64,000 nt of DNA from contig OX597814.1 of assembly GCA_951406725.2 (NCBI GenBank), positions 125,488,001 to 125,552,000 of the forward strand. The letters are read 5' to 3'. This DNA comes from Octopus vulgaris (Eukaryota). Position 1 is the stretch's first letter. Each line of letters opens with the position of its first letter. Positions 37,305-49,763 of the stretch are shown here, in pieces. Made by a program: the position numbers and the translations under genes. Below the pieces are notes generated by a model. The model was not told where the DNA came from. It saw nothing but the letters and a program-made list of their open reading frames with translations, and ran no database searches.

Positions 37305-37856
37305 ACACATAAACAGTTTCAATTAGGAAAGACTGCCGAAAACTCTGTTATGGCCTACTTCAGGAGAGAGTGCGAAATGTAGGAAGATCTCTTCTTCGAT
37401 ACGAGGGTAAGCCATATAATAACATGAAGCATATTGGAATAAAAGCATTAGAATTTGAAGAATGTTGTTGACCATAACAGACAGAAGAAAATCTATCAAA
37501 ATGGTATCCGGGGCCATGTCAACACGAGCATAGAGCATCTACGTCTCGTCTAAAACTTAGCATCAACAATGACATTTACTTAAAATATCTGAAATACTGA
37601 TAATAGAAAGTCAGTATGGATAGACATGATAATCGGATACTGGTAAAGGAAGCTGACATTCTACAGGAAGGACCTTGTTAAATTCTTCCATATCATACTA
37701 GTGGTCGAACTTGATAAAAATTATTCGCTCGCAGTGACATGGAAAGAGCATATTGATAAATAAAATATCCATGAACTAATAAGTATATGTAGACTTATAA
37801 AATTAATATAGACGTATACCAGTTGCTTAAATATGTTTGTTCAAGCTTAGTGTTAT

Positions 37857-38290
37857 GCATGATTACCTGTCTGATAAGGGTAACCTAGGCACATGCATCA
37901 CAACCATATGTGCGCGACATGGTGATCTCATATCAAGATAAACAGTACATGGCCTTGCAGGTGGGGCCCAGTTAGAACTTTCTTCTGGTCGAGTAACCCA
38001 TCTCGCTCAAAAGGTCCCTGAATGAGGGTTGTTTAAGGATGTTGAAAGAAACACCCATGTTTCCAAAGGTGAATTATCCAAACCCCAAAGAATTCCTCTC
38101 AACACATGGCTATGATGCTCCCCCACTACTTCTGCTCATGATCAGAGATGCACATATCGTCAGCCACTAAGAGATATGCTCAACTGGTTACGGTCAAACA
38201 ACTGACCAGCAAATCTGTGGTAATGAGCAGAATATTTGCTGTAGCCCATCTTTTATACCAAGACAAAACTATGTACACGATAACACTTCT
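37857..38290. mobile_element. Probable interspersed repeat (family E), single copy in window
   Basis: Non-coding block with higher GC than its flanks, ending in microsatellites. No second copy here, so the assignment is inference. Confidence 0.4.
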
Positions 38291-38482
<192 letters not shown>

Positions 38483-38862
38483 GCGACAAGCTGGCGGAAT
38501 CGTTAGCACGCTGGGTAACAAGCTTAGCGGTATTTCGTCCGTCTAAGGCGGTGAGCTGGCAGAATCGTTAGCACGCCGGGCGAAATGCTTAGCGGTATTT
38601 CGTCTGCCGCTACGTTCTGAGTTCAAATTCCGCCGAGGTCGACTTTGCCGTTCATCCTTTCGGGGTCGATTAAATAAGTACCAGTTACGTAATGGGGTCA
38701 ATATAATCGACTTAATCCGTTTGTCTGTCCTTGTTTGTTCCCTCTGTCTTTAGCCCCTTGTGAGTAGTAAAGAAATAGGTATTTCGTCCGTCTTTATGTT
38801 CCGAGTTCAAATTCCGCCGAGGTCGACTTTGCCTTTCATCCTTTCGAAGTCGATGAATTAAA
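38483..38862 (+). mobile_element. SINE family A inserted into another family A copy
   Basis: Inner copy 38545-38777 is flanked by the 16-bp repeat GGTATTTCGTCCGTCT (38529-38544 and 38778-38793). Confidence 0.9.
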
Positions 38863-38961
38863 TAGTTGTTATTATTGTTATTGTTACTGTTGTTGTTTTG
38901 CTGATACTGCTGCCTATATTGCTCTTCTTGTTGTTATTGATGTTTGTTGTTCCTGTTGTTG

Positions 38962-39379
38962 CTTCTTCCAATCAGGACTCACGCCATTAGCCACAAAGAA
39001 TAATCTCTAATTCGAGCCTACTCTAAGCTACTAAGAATGCGTGTGGCAACTTCAAGATCCACCCACCACACGCGATGGACTGGCAGTTGCACGGGTGCGA
39101 AAGCTACGTTGTTATCCTCATTCCGTAAATGGTGGAGAGCTGAACCATCCTGGGGTACAGAGGATTCGCAATCTAGACTAGGGTCTGAAAGTTTACCACA
39201 GCATAGTGGGTTACACCACGGTTCCTCTGCTTTGCGACAGAAGTATGGAAAAAGAGTGAGAGAAAGTTGTGGCGAAAGAGTACAGCGGGGTTAACACCCC
39301 TCCGCCGGTCTGGGAATCGAAACCGCATTCTTACGACCGCGAATCCGCTGCCCTAACCACTGGGCCATTGCGCCTCCAC
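38962..39379 (-). mobile_element. SINE family C with a different 3' body
   Basis: Minus-strand head GTGGAGGCGCAATGGCCCAGTGGTTAGGGCAGCG..GGTTTCGATTCCCAGACC. Confidence 0.75.
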
Positions 39380-40000
39380 TGCTGTTGCTGTTGCAGTTTT
39401 GCTGGTAGTGTTGTTCTTAGTGATTATGATGATGTTTAGCTATAGTTCAGCTATGATTAAGCAGATCTACGCTTCCAAATGTGACCTTTGTATTGTCCAA
39501 TGCGTCTCAGTTTCTTTTTTAAGAGTTGAAAACATAATACAAAAGAAACTGATTGCTATTTCTAGTAACCAACCAAATTTTATTCACAAGACTTTGGTCA
39601 AACCGTGGCTTGGGTGGAAAAAATGAGCTCCATGTGCCGTGCATTGGAATCAAACCTGAAACTAAGCTGATGCGAAACGAACTTTTTTAAACCTCAACCT
39701 GCAGCCATGAATACAAAAGAAATCAGAACTCTACACATACTTATTCACTCTGCCAGGTTTATTGAGATTTTATATCAAATAATATTTGAACTACATAAAA
39801 TAGATTGCAATTTTTTTGCGACTCACTTAGATATATACGTGTGTGTGTGTGTGTAATTATATGGATGTATGTATCTATATATGTATTCAGTGAAAACCCT
39901 GGAAGGAAAATTTAACTATGGAGTACTTTAAAATCTGCAAAATGTACAAGAATAACATGTCGTGTTTAACTGGATTTTTTGGGGTGTGCCTATCTGATAT

Positions 40001-40196
40001 TTCTTCTTCTTCTTCTTCTTCTTCTTCTTCTTCTTCTTCTTCTTCTTCTTCTTCTTCTTCTTCTTCTTCTTCTTCTTCTTCTTCTTCTTCTTCTTCTTCT
40101 TCTTCTTCTTCTTCTTCTTCTTCTTCTTCTTCTTCTTCTTCTTCTTCGTATTATTATTATTATTATTATTATTTTTATTATCATTATTATTATTAT
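40001..40196. repeat. (TTC)n plus (ATT)n microsatellite
   Basis: Directly visible. Confidence 0.95.
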
Positions 40197-40296
40197 CTGT
40201 GCATATATGAGTGTGTATATATATATATATATGTATGTATGAATGTATGCATAAATACATTTGTTTTCTCCGTATATTTTTAGCGTCTATCAATAC

Positions 40297-40365
<69 letters not shown>

Positions 40366-40466
40366 TATATATCTATGTATGTACGTTTGTATCCAAAAGG
40401 GTTTTTTCAACCTACTATTAATATGCTATTATTTATAGCTTTACATATACTTCGAGAACCAATATA

Positions 40467-40538
<72 letters not shown>

Positions 40539-40560
40539 CATACATACATACATACATACA

Positions 40561-40596
<36 letters not shown>

Positions 40597-41082
40597 TATA
40601 TATCTTTGGTGGTGAGCTGAGGAAAATTATCTAAATATCCAACTGTCATCGATATTTTCGAAAATATTTTTGGTTCTATATTTAGTCTTTATGTAACGTA
40701 ATCTCAACCTGAGGCTACATGTGAGCGTCATTTTTATTCTGATGCCGAGAGAAAAAATATCAATTTCATGTTTAATTTACCCCAAATTTTCAAAATAAAT
40801 GTATTTAACAGGTGAAATATTTTGACAAACACAACATTTTATGTTCAATTTGCTCAAAATTTTCCATATAAATGTACTTAACAAATATAATATTTGACGA
40901 AGTCAGAAAATGCGGAACAGTTAAAATATTAAAACGCTTTGGATTTGCGCTTAATTTTAGCGAACACTTAAATGTTTCTCGCCGAAAAACTCATAAAGTA
41001 GCCCACCCTGGCAAAGTTCCACAAGCCAAGGTACGCCTTACCATTGTTTCAATGTCTTGATGAAACTTTTCCTGTTGCTGCT

Positions 41083-41458
41083 TGTTTGTTTGTTTGTTGG
41101 GCGAAGCGGTCTTTGTCCCAGAGTGGGAGAAGTCCGAAACGTGGTCCTTTGCTATTCGTAAGACCCGCAGAAGAGAAAGCAGGTCAACCCCCGACACCGA
41201 GAGCATCGACGGATGGAGGAATGTGCATCCAGGCTCAGAGGTTGCGTAGGAATTCGGGGATAAGAAACAGGAAGAAAGAGTGAGAGAAAGTAGGAGCGAA
41301 AGAGTACAACAGGGGTCGCCACCACCCCCTGCCGGAGCCTCGTGGAGCTTTAGGTGTTTTCGCTCAATAAACACACACAACGCCCGGTCTGGGAATCGAA
41401 ACCGCGATCCACCGACCGCGAGTTCGCTGCCCTAACCACTGGGCCATTGCGCCTCCAC
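41083..41458 (-). mobile_element. SINE family C, full length with 13-bp TSD
   Basis: A box TGGCCCAGTGG, B box GGTTTCGATTCC, (AAAC)n tail. TCCTGTTGCTGCT at 41070-41082 and 41459-41471. Confidence 0.9.
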
Positions 41459-42588
41459 TCCTGTTGCTGCTCACTGATGTCATCTAAGTTCTCAATGAAA
41501 ATAATCAAGATGCTATTGTAGCTAAGAAATAAGAAAGGCCCACGTTTTTTTAACTTCCAGTAAGCCTTGATTTGACACAGTTCTGTCCCAGGTTCTCCGA
41601 GTGGTTTACTTGTCGCTACACTACAGCCATAGTTCAAGCATAAAACAAAAGCAAGGCTTATGAGACTGGAGAAATTCACGCACGCACCCAGAAATTCCAG
41701 CTGCACAACTCTTACAATGCTCCTATTCGAAGTGAAAAATAAGTTTCCTGCATTGCACAGCTTTCAAGCTCTCCGGACAAATTTCAGTCGTCTTTCTGAT
41801 CCTTTTCCTCAAATATTTCGACCAAATTTGCAGGATTCTCTATCACGATAGTTCTGTTTGCAGCACTCTCACAGAGGAAACTTCCACCTTAGCTATTTTC
41901 GTTTTGTACTGACATTTTGAAATTATCTCCATCTTTTTGTGTAAAGTATCAGTTTGGTTATAGTATATTATTCAACTACAATTGCTATTGTCTTGATACA
42001 ACTATTTAAAGTGTACTGCGTTCAATGATTAATTATGTGATATCATAGTCAGCATTCAAATGCCATACATATCTAGAGAAAGCTGGAGTATTTTTTGTTT
42101 TTGTTTTTTTCTTTTCTATATTCTTGTTCTAAATGGGAAGTTTACGGTTGAGGAAACATGGCACTTAAAACTGAAATATTCCTTCAAGTCGTTAATGTTC
42201 CCCTGTAAGTAAAAGTTGACACATACAAGAAAAATGTAAGTAGGGAAATGCGAGGAGAAGAGAGAAGTAAGTCGGAGATACCTGAGTGGAGATGACGAGA
42301 GGAACAACGAGCTCCGGGGGTGCAGAGACTATTGTAGCTGCAGTAGAAAAGCAGAAAGAGAAGACTGCATGTGGCTGAAGAATTGTATGAGTGATTTTAT
42401 GTTCTTTCTCTGGATGTGGTCTAGGATGCCCTCGTGTGTGCAGAAAGAATACTCATATGTAGGAACAATACTCCTTTATGAATTTCACCTAAAATTTATA
42501 GAGGGTCAGTAATTATTAGAGGCTAAAGTATCTATTTGATTCAGAGAAGGGGCAGCCTTTGTGATGACGTCCTAGCTATGGAAATAAT

Positions 42589-42821
42589 ATCGATTTTAAA
42601 TTTTGACCCAAGGCCAGCAATTTTGGGGGAGGTATTAAGTCGATTACATCAACCTCAGTACTTGACTGTGGTGCATATTTTATTGACTCCGACGAAAGTA
42701 TAACAGGAAAAAAAAAAAGAGTCGACATGGGTAGAATTTGAACTCAGAGCGTAAAGACAGATGAAATGCTGTTAAGCATTTTGCCCAGTGTGCTAACGAT
42801 TCTGCCAGCTCGCAGCCTTAC
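42589..42821 (-). mobile_element. SINE family A variant with 13-bp TSD
   Basis: Family A head with an alternative 3' end. CTATGGAAATAAT at 42576-42588 and 42822-42834. Confidence 0.85.
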
Positions 42822-43364
42822 CTATGGAAATAATGTCAACATATAATATCAACAAGTCATTGCAAAATAAAAATTCTTCTTGGGAAAATGCAGCGGTGAA
42901 ATCGAACCACGAAGTATACAAAGTATGCAGAAATGGGATTAATAGGGAATGCACAAGAAACCACCTCCGAGAACAGGCCATCAACGATAATTCTGTTAGC
43001 ATTCTTAGAAATCGTTTGTTGCTCTGTCGACTAATGAACACCTCACTGATGCAAAACGCCAAGTAGTTGAAAAGGGTTGAAAATAATTAACAAAGATGAA
43101 ACTTCAGCACACGTTATTTTTACTACTTGCAAACAGAATTCACAAGGTTATTTATCTGTCGGTCTGTGTGTGTCCGGGGGGGGGGGGGATGATTCTACTT
43201 TTGGCCAAACGATCTGCACAAATGCATTGTTTATGGCGATCAAATGTTCGTGCCGCACATCAGCTCACTCTCTCCACCAAAGCGACGTTGCCTGAACAGG
43301 TGCACGGTATATTAAAAGCTACAAACAACCTAAATCACTTAAAAAGATTCTCACAAAGGTAAAA

Positions 43365-43844
43365 TTGTTTTCTGAAATTACGGATGCAAAAGTAAAAAAA
43401 TGTGGTAGATCGAACTGTGCAACATGTCCAAACCTGTTAGAAGGATCAGAATTCCTCTTCAAAGAGGGACAGAAATTCAAGATCAAATCTAACTTTACTT
43501 GTGCCTCCGAAAACATAATTTATGTCATAAAATGCTCGGGCTGCCACCAAGACTACGTGGGATCCACGGGACTATCACTCAGACGTAGATGCACACTGCA
43601 TCGACAACAGATTGCACTCCCAGAATACAGAATGATACCTTTTAGTGAGCACATTGAGAAATGCACAAAGCAACTACTACCACAATTTTTAATCTTTCCA
43701 TTTTACCAATGTGCTATCGGATCATCAACACAAATTAGACTAAACAAGGAAACATTCTTCATTGAAAAGTACAAACCCAGACTTAACCATTCCAACATAC
43801 TGATACAGAGAAATTCACACCAAGGGAAAGGCAAAAAAATTTGA
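43365..43844 (+). CDS. Penelope-type GIY-YIG endonuclease domain (open C-terminal fragment of a transposon ORF)
   Basis: CGRSNCATC, FTCASENIIYVIKCSGCHQDYVGSTG..LRRR..H, and RLNKETFFIEKYKPRLN. Confidence 0.85.
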   Translation: MFSEITDAKVKKCGRSNCATCPNLLEGSEFLFKEGQKFKIKSNFTCASENIIYVIKCSGCHQDYVGSTGLSLRRRCTLHRQQIALPEYRMIPFSEHIEKCTKQLLPQFLIFPFYQCAIGSSTQIRLNKETFFIEKYKPRLNHSNILIQRNSHQGKGKKI

Positions 43845-43952
43845 GCGATTATCTCCCTTACACCGGAAGAAATCACTCATTACCTCCCCTTATTTAGAAC
43901 TCTTTTAAACATAAACATAACGATAACTCTGTTCAACATAAACATAACGACG

Positions 43953-43996
43953 TTAGAAATTTGAAAAGCTAAACGCGAAACCGGTCTTTCTTCTAA
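43953..43996 (+). ncRNA. Candidate minimal hammerhead ribozyme in the PLE terminal repeat, U3:A8 core variant
   Basis: AGAAA-T-TTGAAAA-GC-TAAAC-GC-GAAA-CCGG-TC-TTTCT, about 110 nt downstream of the GIY-YIG stop. Confidence 0.6.
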
Positions 43997-44103
43997 ATTA
44001 TGTCATTGTAGGAAAAAAATTTTTAATATTCTTCAGACATATTGACTCAAATATATATTTTTTAACCTTTTAGCCTTCTGTAGTTTTTTCACTTTTTACT
44101 ATT

Positions 44104-44175
<72 letters not shown>

Positions 44176-44888
44176 ATACATATATATATACATACATACA
44201 TATATATATACACACACACAGACCATCTTTCGTAACATTCCACCCCACCCACCCGAAAAGCACATCTCACTACATTAAAACATCGACCTCGAGCTTTACT
44301 TTTTCTCAACCATTACATTTCCCAATTTCTCAACGAAACGAACTATACAAAATGATTCCATATTTCTAGGCAACCGAAATTATAAATAAATATCATGCAA
44401 TGAATTAGAATAGGAAAGTATTTGAAATAAACATTTCTGAAAGTTTTTAAAATATTTGTTGCAAGCATCTAAAATAAACTCGTTGAACACTTTTGTGAGA
44501 GTCAATTAGATATGTGCAGACATTGTGACTCGTCACTAAAAATAAGGTCGACAACCGTTGAAACCCACCTCAGCAGCGAGTGAATACACTAGCAAGAACT
44601 GTAATACAGTATAAAATAAAGGCGGCAAACCAAATACATTGGTTTGCAAATAAACATCTGCTCTAACGTAGTTTTTAAAATAAATATGTAGACTAAGTGG
44701 AATTAGTTCCGAAAAAGATGCCAGCTTTAATGGATTTTTAGCGTTGAAATAAATGACTGGAATAAAAGATTAGAGGTTTTTAAATGGAGTCAGTTTACTT
44801 GCATAAAACTTATGCAATGTCGCATCACTTTGTATGTATGTATGTATGTATGTATGTATGTATGTATGTATGTATGTATATATATATA

Positions 44889-44977
<89 letters not shown>

Positions 44978-45254
44978 GATAGATATGAATATAGATATAA
45001 ACATACATATACACATACAAACACACACATATATTCATATATATATATATATTCATACACACACACACATACACATATATACAACAAACTTTTATAGTTT
45101 AACAATATAGTGTAATGAGACTAGAGAATATAAGCAACTTGTAAGTTCATCAGGAGACATGCATACAAAGACACATACATATATATAAATAAATACATAT
45201 ATACAAATATATCCAAATATATATATTCGTACATATGTGTGTATATATGTATGA

Positions 45255-45301
<47 letters not shown>

Positions 45302-45907
45302 TGTGTGTGTTTAGACATTATATATTATTATTGTGCGTATATAATATATATTTTTGTGCGTGTATGTATACATGTATGTATGTGTCTATATATGTGTGTA
45401 TGTATGTGTGTATGTATGTATGTATGTATGTATCAATGTATGTATGTATGTATGCCCGACTCTTTGTATTTTGGCAGAAGCGCTGAAACTCTTTAGAAGC
45501 TCATTAGTAAGGACTGCACACGTAATATAAAGGTCCAGCAATGCCATACTGATTCCACCTGCGAATTATATCCAGGTCACACGTGTCTGTGGGATACTCG
45601 GCCACTTTGTATGCAAATACTATGAGTAGGTCATTCAGCTGAACGAACAGAACAACAGAACAACAGAACAGCTAGACGTTCGTACGACGTTTTCCATAGG
45701 AGATTACTTATGTGTGCGTGTGCATGCATTTGCACATATGTGTGCGTGTACGTGTCAGTGATTGAGAGATACGCACACATACACACGCATACAAACACAC
45801 ATATATATATATATACATACATACACGCGGACACGGACACCCACACAACAAACACACACTGACGCACATAGACATAAATACACACACATACACACACACA
45901 CACACAC

Positions 45908-46079
<172 letters not shown>

Positions 46080-46094
46080 TGTGTGTGATTGTGT

Positions 46095-46285
46095 ATAGAA
46101 GAATATATTAATAAAAAGAATTCCAACCTTGTCTGATTTTCACGTTTTATTTACAACTTATAATGATATATTATAAGATAATATATTATAATTGAATAAA
46201 ATAAAATGAAATAGTAGAATGTTAAATATTCATTGTGATTGAACTAGTACTTTCATGCATTGAATTCTGCACTTCGGGTTCATGT
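46095..46285 (-). mobile_element. Penelope-type terminal-repeat fragment with degenerate hammerhead
   Basis: Minus strand GAAC-CCGAAG-TGCA-loop-TGCAT-GAAAGTACTA-GTTC. Related to 25668-25882. Confidence 0.6.
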
Positions 46286-46444
46286 AGTAGTGTTGACAGT
46301 CATGCTTCACAATTTTTGACTGTAGCAAGATGAGTGATTCTGTGCTAGAGTGCTAGGTTTTGCAAACTGTATTCTGACCAATCAGTGTGTAGTATCACTC
46401 AATTACTTATATATATAAAATAAAAACATGATGTGAAGGATTCA

Positions 46445-46522
46445 GCGGTACATATGTTTCGGGCCTTTATTAGACAGATTTATAACAATGCATAATGTAT
46501 GTCTGTGGCCTTCTTCAGCCGC
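46445..46522 (-). ncRNA. Candidate type-I hammerhead ribozyme with canonical core
   Basis: Minus strand GCGG-CTGAAGA-AGGCC-long loop-GGCCC-GAAA-CATATG-TA-CCGC, with a GUA cleavage triplet. Confidence 0.7.
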
Positions 46523-47038
46523 GCACAACAGCTTCCACAAGGACATGTGTTACATCAAAAATTCTTGGTTGGGGATGCAAATCCTCTCATTCACGTACGA
46601 CATAATGCGGCAGCAGCATAGAATTGAAGCGTCCATCTCTTTCTTCTCTCAATGTAGAATGAGGAAAATTGGATGTTGAGGTAATGTAAATAAATAAATA
46701 CATATATAGAGGTGAAGATGGAGGGGCGAGAGTTCGGGACGAGGGATAAAAAATGTATAAAAAGTGTAAGTATAGAATAATATAAAAATGTAGAGGATAA
46801 AGATATAAAGAGTTGTAAGGAGATGTAAAGGGGGTATAAAGAAATATAAAGAAATATAAATAAATGTAAAGGCATAAGGTTATAAAGTAAAAATAGAAAT
46901 AGAAATAAAAGTAAAAAAACCTGATAAAAACATGATAAAAGTGTAAAAGAATGTAAAGATAAAGGATGTATAGAGGTTACGGACCAAGCATGGTGGTCAG
47001 GAGATTGATAAAATTTAGTTGTAGAATTGTCAGTAAAG

Positions 47039-47069
<31 letters not shown>

Positions 47070-48065
47070 CACACACACGTACGTACATACGTATATAGAT
47101 ACGTACATACATACACACATACATAACTTACGTACATATTCACGCACATACACACAGGCGCGAGTTTTATAGCTTTCTAATGTACTGTATATATTTTATG
47201 TATTTGACCAGAATACGAAATAAGGGGTAATTTTTGTTCAGAATGTAACTGTTTAACATTACAATAATGAATAGTCACAATATATTTCTTTGGTCTTTAC
47301 ATTGATTTGAACAGAAACTGGCATTACTGAGTTCATACATCAAAAATGTATACAAATGACATTACTAATGTGTTGTGCACCTTGTGTACTGGTCAGCTTG
47401 TTTAGGCTCTGGAACAGGTCTGATAGAAACAGATCTGTGATGAAATGTCTTACGGACGTGACCAGCCTGTCATTTATTCAGTATGACTCTTATTTTCTGC
47501 TTTGTGTATCATTGGAAGGAGATTTGGTGTTTATTTCTAGTGGTCATGTGGCCGGAGAGGGGCTCATTTCCTTGGCGTACACTTGACTTCGTCATTATCA
47601 CGAGTCAAGTGCATTAGCAGTCAGACAACCAATAGGAGAAAGGATGAAGGACGTTTAACTTAACTGTGAGTGAGTTTGGTTATAATATCCGTGAGTATGT
47701 CCGGGATCAAAATACTTAACATTTGAAGTAATTTAGATATTACGGAGGGATAGACATTTGATGTTGCAGATTAGTTGCTAAGTCTAACAGCAACACTGTT
47801 TCAGTTGCTCTTGTTCTTGTTGTTGTTGTTTAGTCCCAGGTCAACCTTAACAAAGCAGACCTAAAATCAAATACACTCCAAATGCACTCCAAATGCATTC
47901 CACCCATTATCATTCCTTCAGTATTTTCTTTTGTTTTGTTCTTTCCAGGTACAGTATATCTTGCTTTTTTTGTTCTATTTTCGTGACGGTCGTATATGGA
48001 TTGAGGGATATTTGGGTTTTAGTTCCGCCCGACTAGACGTCTACATAGACGCTGAAAAATTAAAT

Positions 48066-48294
48066 GTGTGTCTGTGTGGTAAGAAACTTGCTTCCCAACC
48101 ACATGGTTGCGGGTTCAGTCTCACTGCGTGGCACCTCGGGTAAGTGTTTTCTACCATAGACTCGGGCCGACCAAAGCCTTGTGTGCTGGTGTTTATGTCC
48201 CCGTAACTTAGTACTTCGGCAAAAGAGAATGATAGAATAAGTACCAGGCTTTTAAATAATAGGTACTGGGATCAATGCATTCGACTAAAAATTC
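48066..48294 (+). mobile_element. SINE family B, internally deleted
   Basis: Head joined to the 3' half without the microsatellite segment. Confidence 0.8.
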
Positions 48295-48770
48295 TTCTAG
48301 CTCACTTCCACCGTTAACAGTAGTACTTCGAAGTAACGTGTGTAAAGTGTGATTGTCGCATTGACCATGACAGAGAAAGTTGTCATGGAGATACCTGCTC
48401 GGAGGCCTATGCAAAGTTGCAGAAAGTGTATGGAGAGGAGTGTATGAGCTGCACACAAATGTACGAGTTGTTCGGACGTTTCCAAGATGGCCGAAAAAAC
48501 ATCGATAGTGACGAACGTTCTAGGAGACATACACCCAGTAGAACTGAGAAAACATCGCAGTTGTACGTGCATCTGTGAGGGGAAATCGTCGAATCACCTC
48601 CGTGAGTTATCAGAGGATGTGCATATTAGTTGCGGTTCAGTTAAGTCCATTATCACTGAAGATTTGGGTGTAAGACACGTGTCTGCCAAGTTTCTACCAA
48701 AACTGCTTTCAGCTGACCAAAAGTACACTCGGATTTCAGTTACACAAAATCCCCTTGATTGTGTCGAGAA
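48295..48770 (+). mobile_element. Mariner 5' UTR and transposase N-terminal fragment
   Basis: AYAKLQKVYGEECMS..YELFGRFQDG..DERS and ITEDLGVRHVSAKFLPKLLSADQK. Confidence 0.85.
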
Positions 48771-48779
48771 CTTTTTCTT

Positions 48780-48970
48780 TCTTTTTTCTTCTTTCTTTTC
48801 TTTTATTTGTTTCAGTCATTTGACTGCGGTCATGCTGGAGCACCGCCTTTAGTCGAACAAATCGACCCCAGGACTTATTGTTTGTAAGCCTGGCACTTAT
48901 TCTATCGGTCTCATTTTGCCGAACCGCTAAGTTACGGGGACGTGAACACACCAACATCGGTTGTCAAGCG
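48780..48970 (-). mobile_element. SINE family B, 3' half
   Basis: Family B tail match. Confidence 0.88.
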
Positions 48971-49108
48971 GAAGTGAGCTAGAACGTTAAAACTTAGAGC
49001 ACATGCACAGCAGACTTTAAGATCAATCTGTACCAAGCGGCTTTACTTTGCGAGCTTTAACTTCGTTACTATGGCAACAGTCCGGGTACTTATTGATCAG
49101 ACCACGTA
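48970..49108 (-). mobile_element. Mariner terminal segment (TIR end), inverted relative to its body
   Basis: Minus strand TA-CGTGGTCTGATCAATAAGTACCCGGA..TTCTAGCTCACTTCC overlaps the start of the 48295 fragment. Confidence 0.7.
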
Positions 49109-49109
49109 A

Positions 49110-49333
49110 GCGCGTGTGTGTGCGCGTGTGTCCCTTCGTGTTTGTGCTTGTCCCCCAGCATCGTTTGACAACCGGCGTTGGTTTATTTATGTCCCAGTAA
49201 ATTAGTGGCTCGACAAAAAAGACCAACAGAGCAAGCACCAGACTTTAAAAAAATAAATCCTGGGATTTATTCATTTGACCTTTCAAAGCGGTGACCCAGC
49301 ATTGCGGAGTGAAACAAGTAAAAGATAAAAGAT
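49110..49333 (+). mobile_element. SINE family B, degenerate 3' half
   Basis: Family B match. Confidence 0.8.
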
Positions 49334-49598
49334 ACCATAAAATATCTGTCGTAGATTTTGCTATTCCAATGTTGAAGAGGTCGTTGAAAGACTAGTGAGA
49401 AACCACCATCAGCTCTTCTAGCTTTTATGTTGAATTCATTTGATGTTTGTGTTCTGAGCAGACGTAAAATGAAATCTTTGTGTTTCTTTGTATTTCTGTT
49501 TATACTGCTTCTCCAAATTAAGTTTATAATTTAGTGAGAAATGAAATTCATTTGCTATTCTGGGAGGAATGCATACTATTATTTTCTTTCGAGAGACT

Positions 49599-49641
<43 letters not shown>

Positions 49642-49763
49642 GTGCATGTGTGTATGTCTGTGTGTGCGTGTGTGTATATATGTGTGTATGTTTGTATGTA
49701 CCTATCACATGTCGTCTTTTGGCATATATAGAATTACATTGTTAAACAAGTGCTTTCCTAATA

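Larger units (their letters stand above)
42840..44106 (+). mobile_element. 5'-truncated Penelope-like element (degraded RT/thumb, GIY-YIG domain, terminal repeat ending in (TA)n)
   Basis: LLLAKRICT-like thumb remnant, the GIY-YIG ORF, and a downstream hammerhead motif. The 5' boundary is uncertain. Confidence 0.8.

Noticed and set aside
37312-37378. Minus-strand CTGAAGT...GAAAC hammerhead-like spacing
   Set aside because: No closing helix I or II and an altered A9. Probably chance.
41380-41458. tRNA gene candidate with A and B boxes
   Set aside because: It is the head of a SINE with body, tail and TSD. The same holds for the heads at 39.3, 49.8 and 18.4 kb.
41560-42400. Possible L1/Tx1 ORF1 remnants
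   Set aside because: Coding-like composition only, with no motif I can support.
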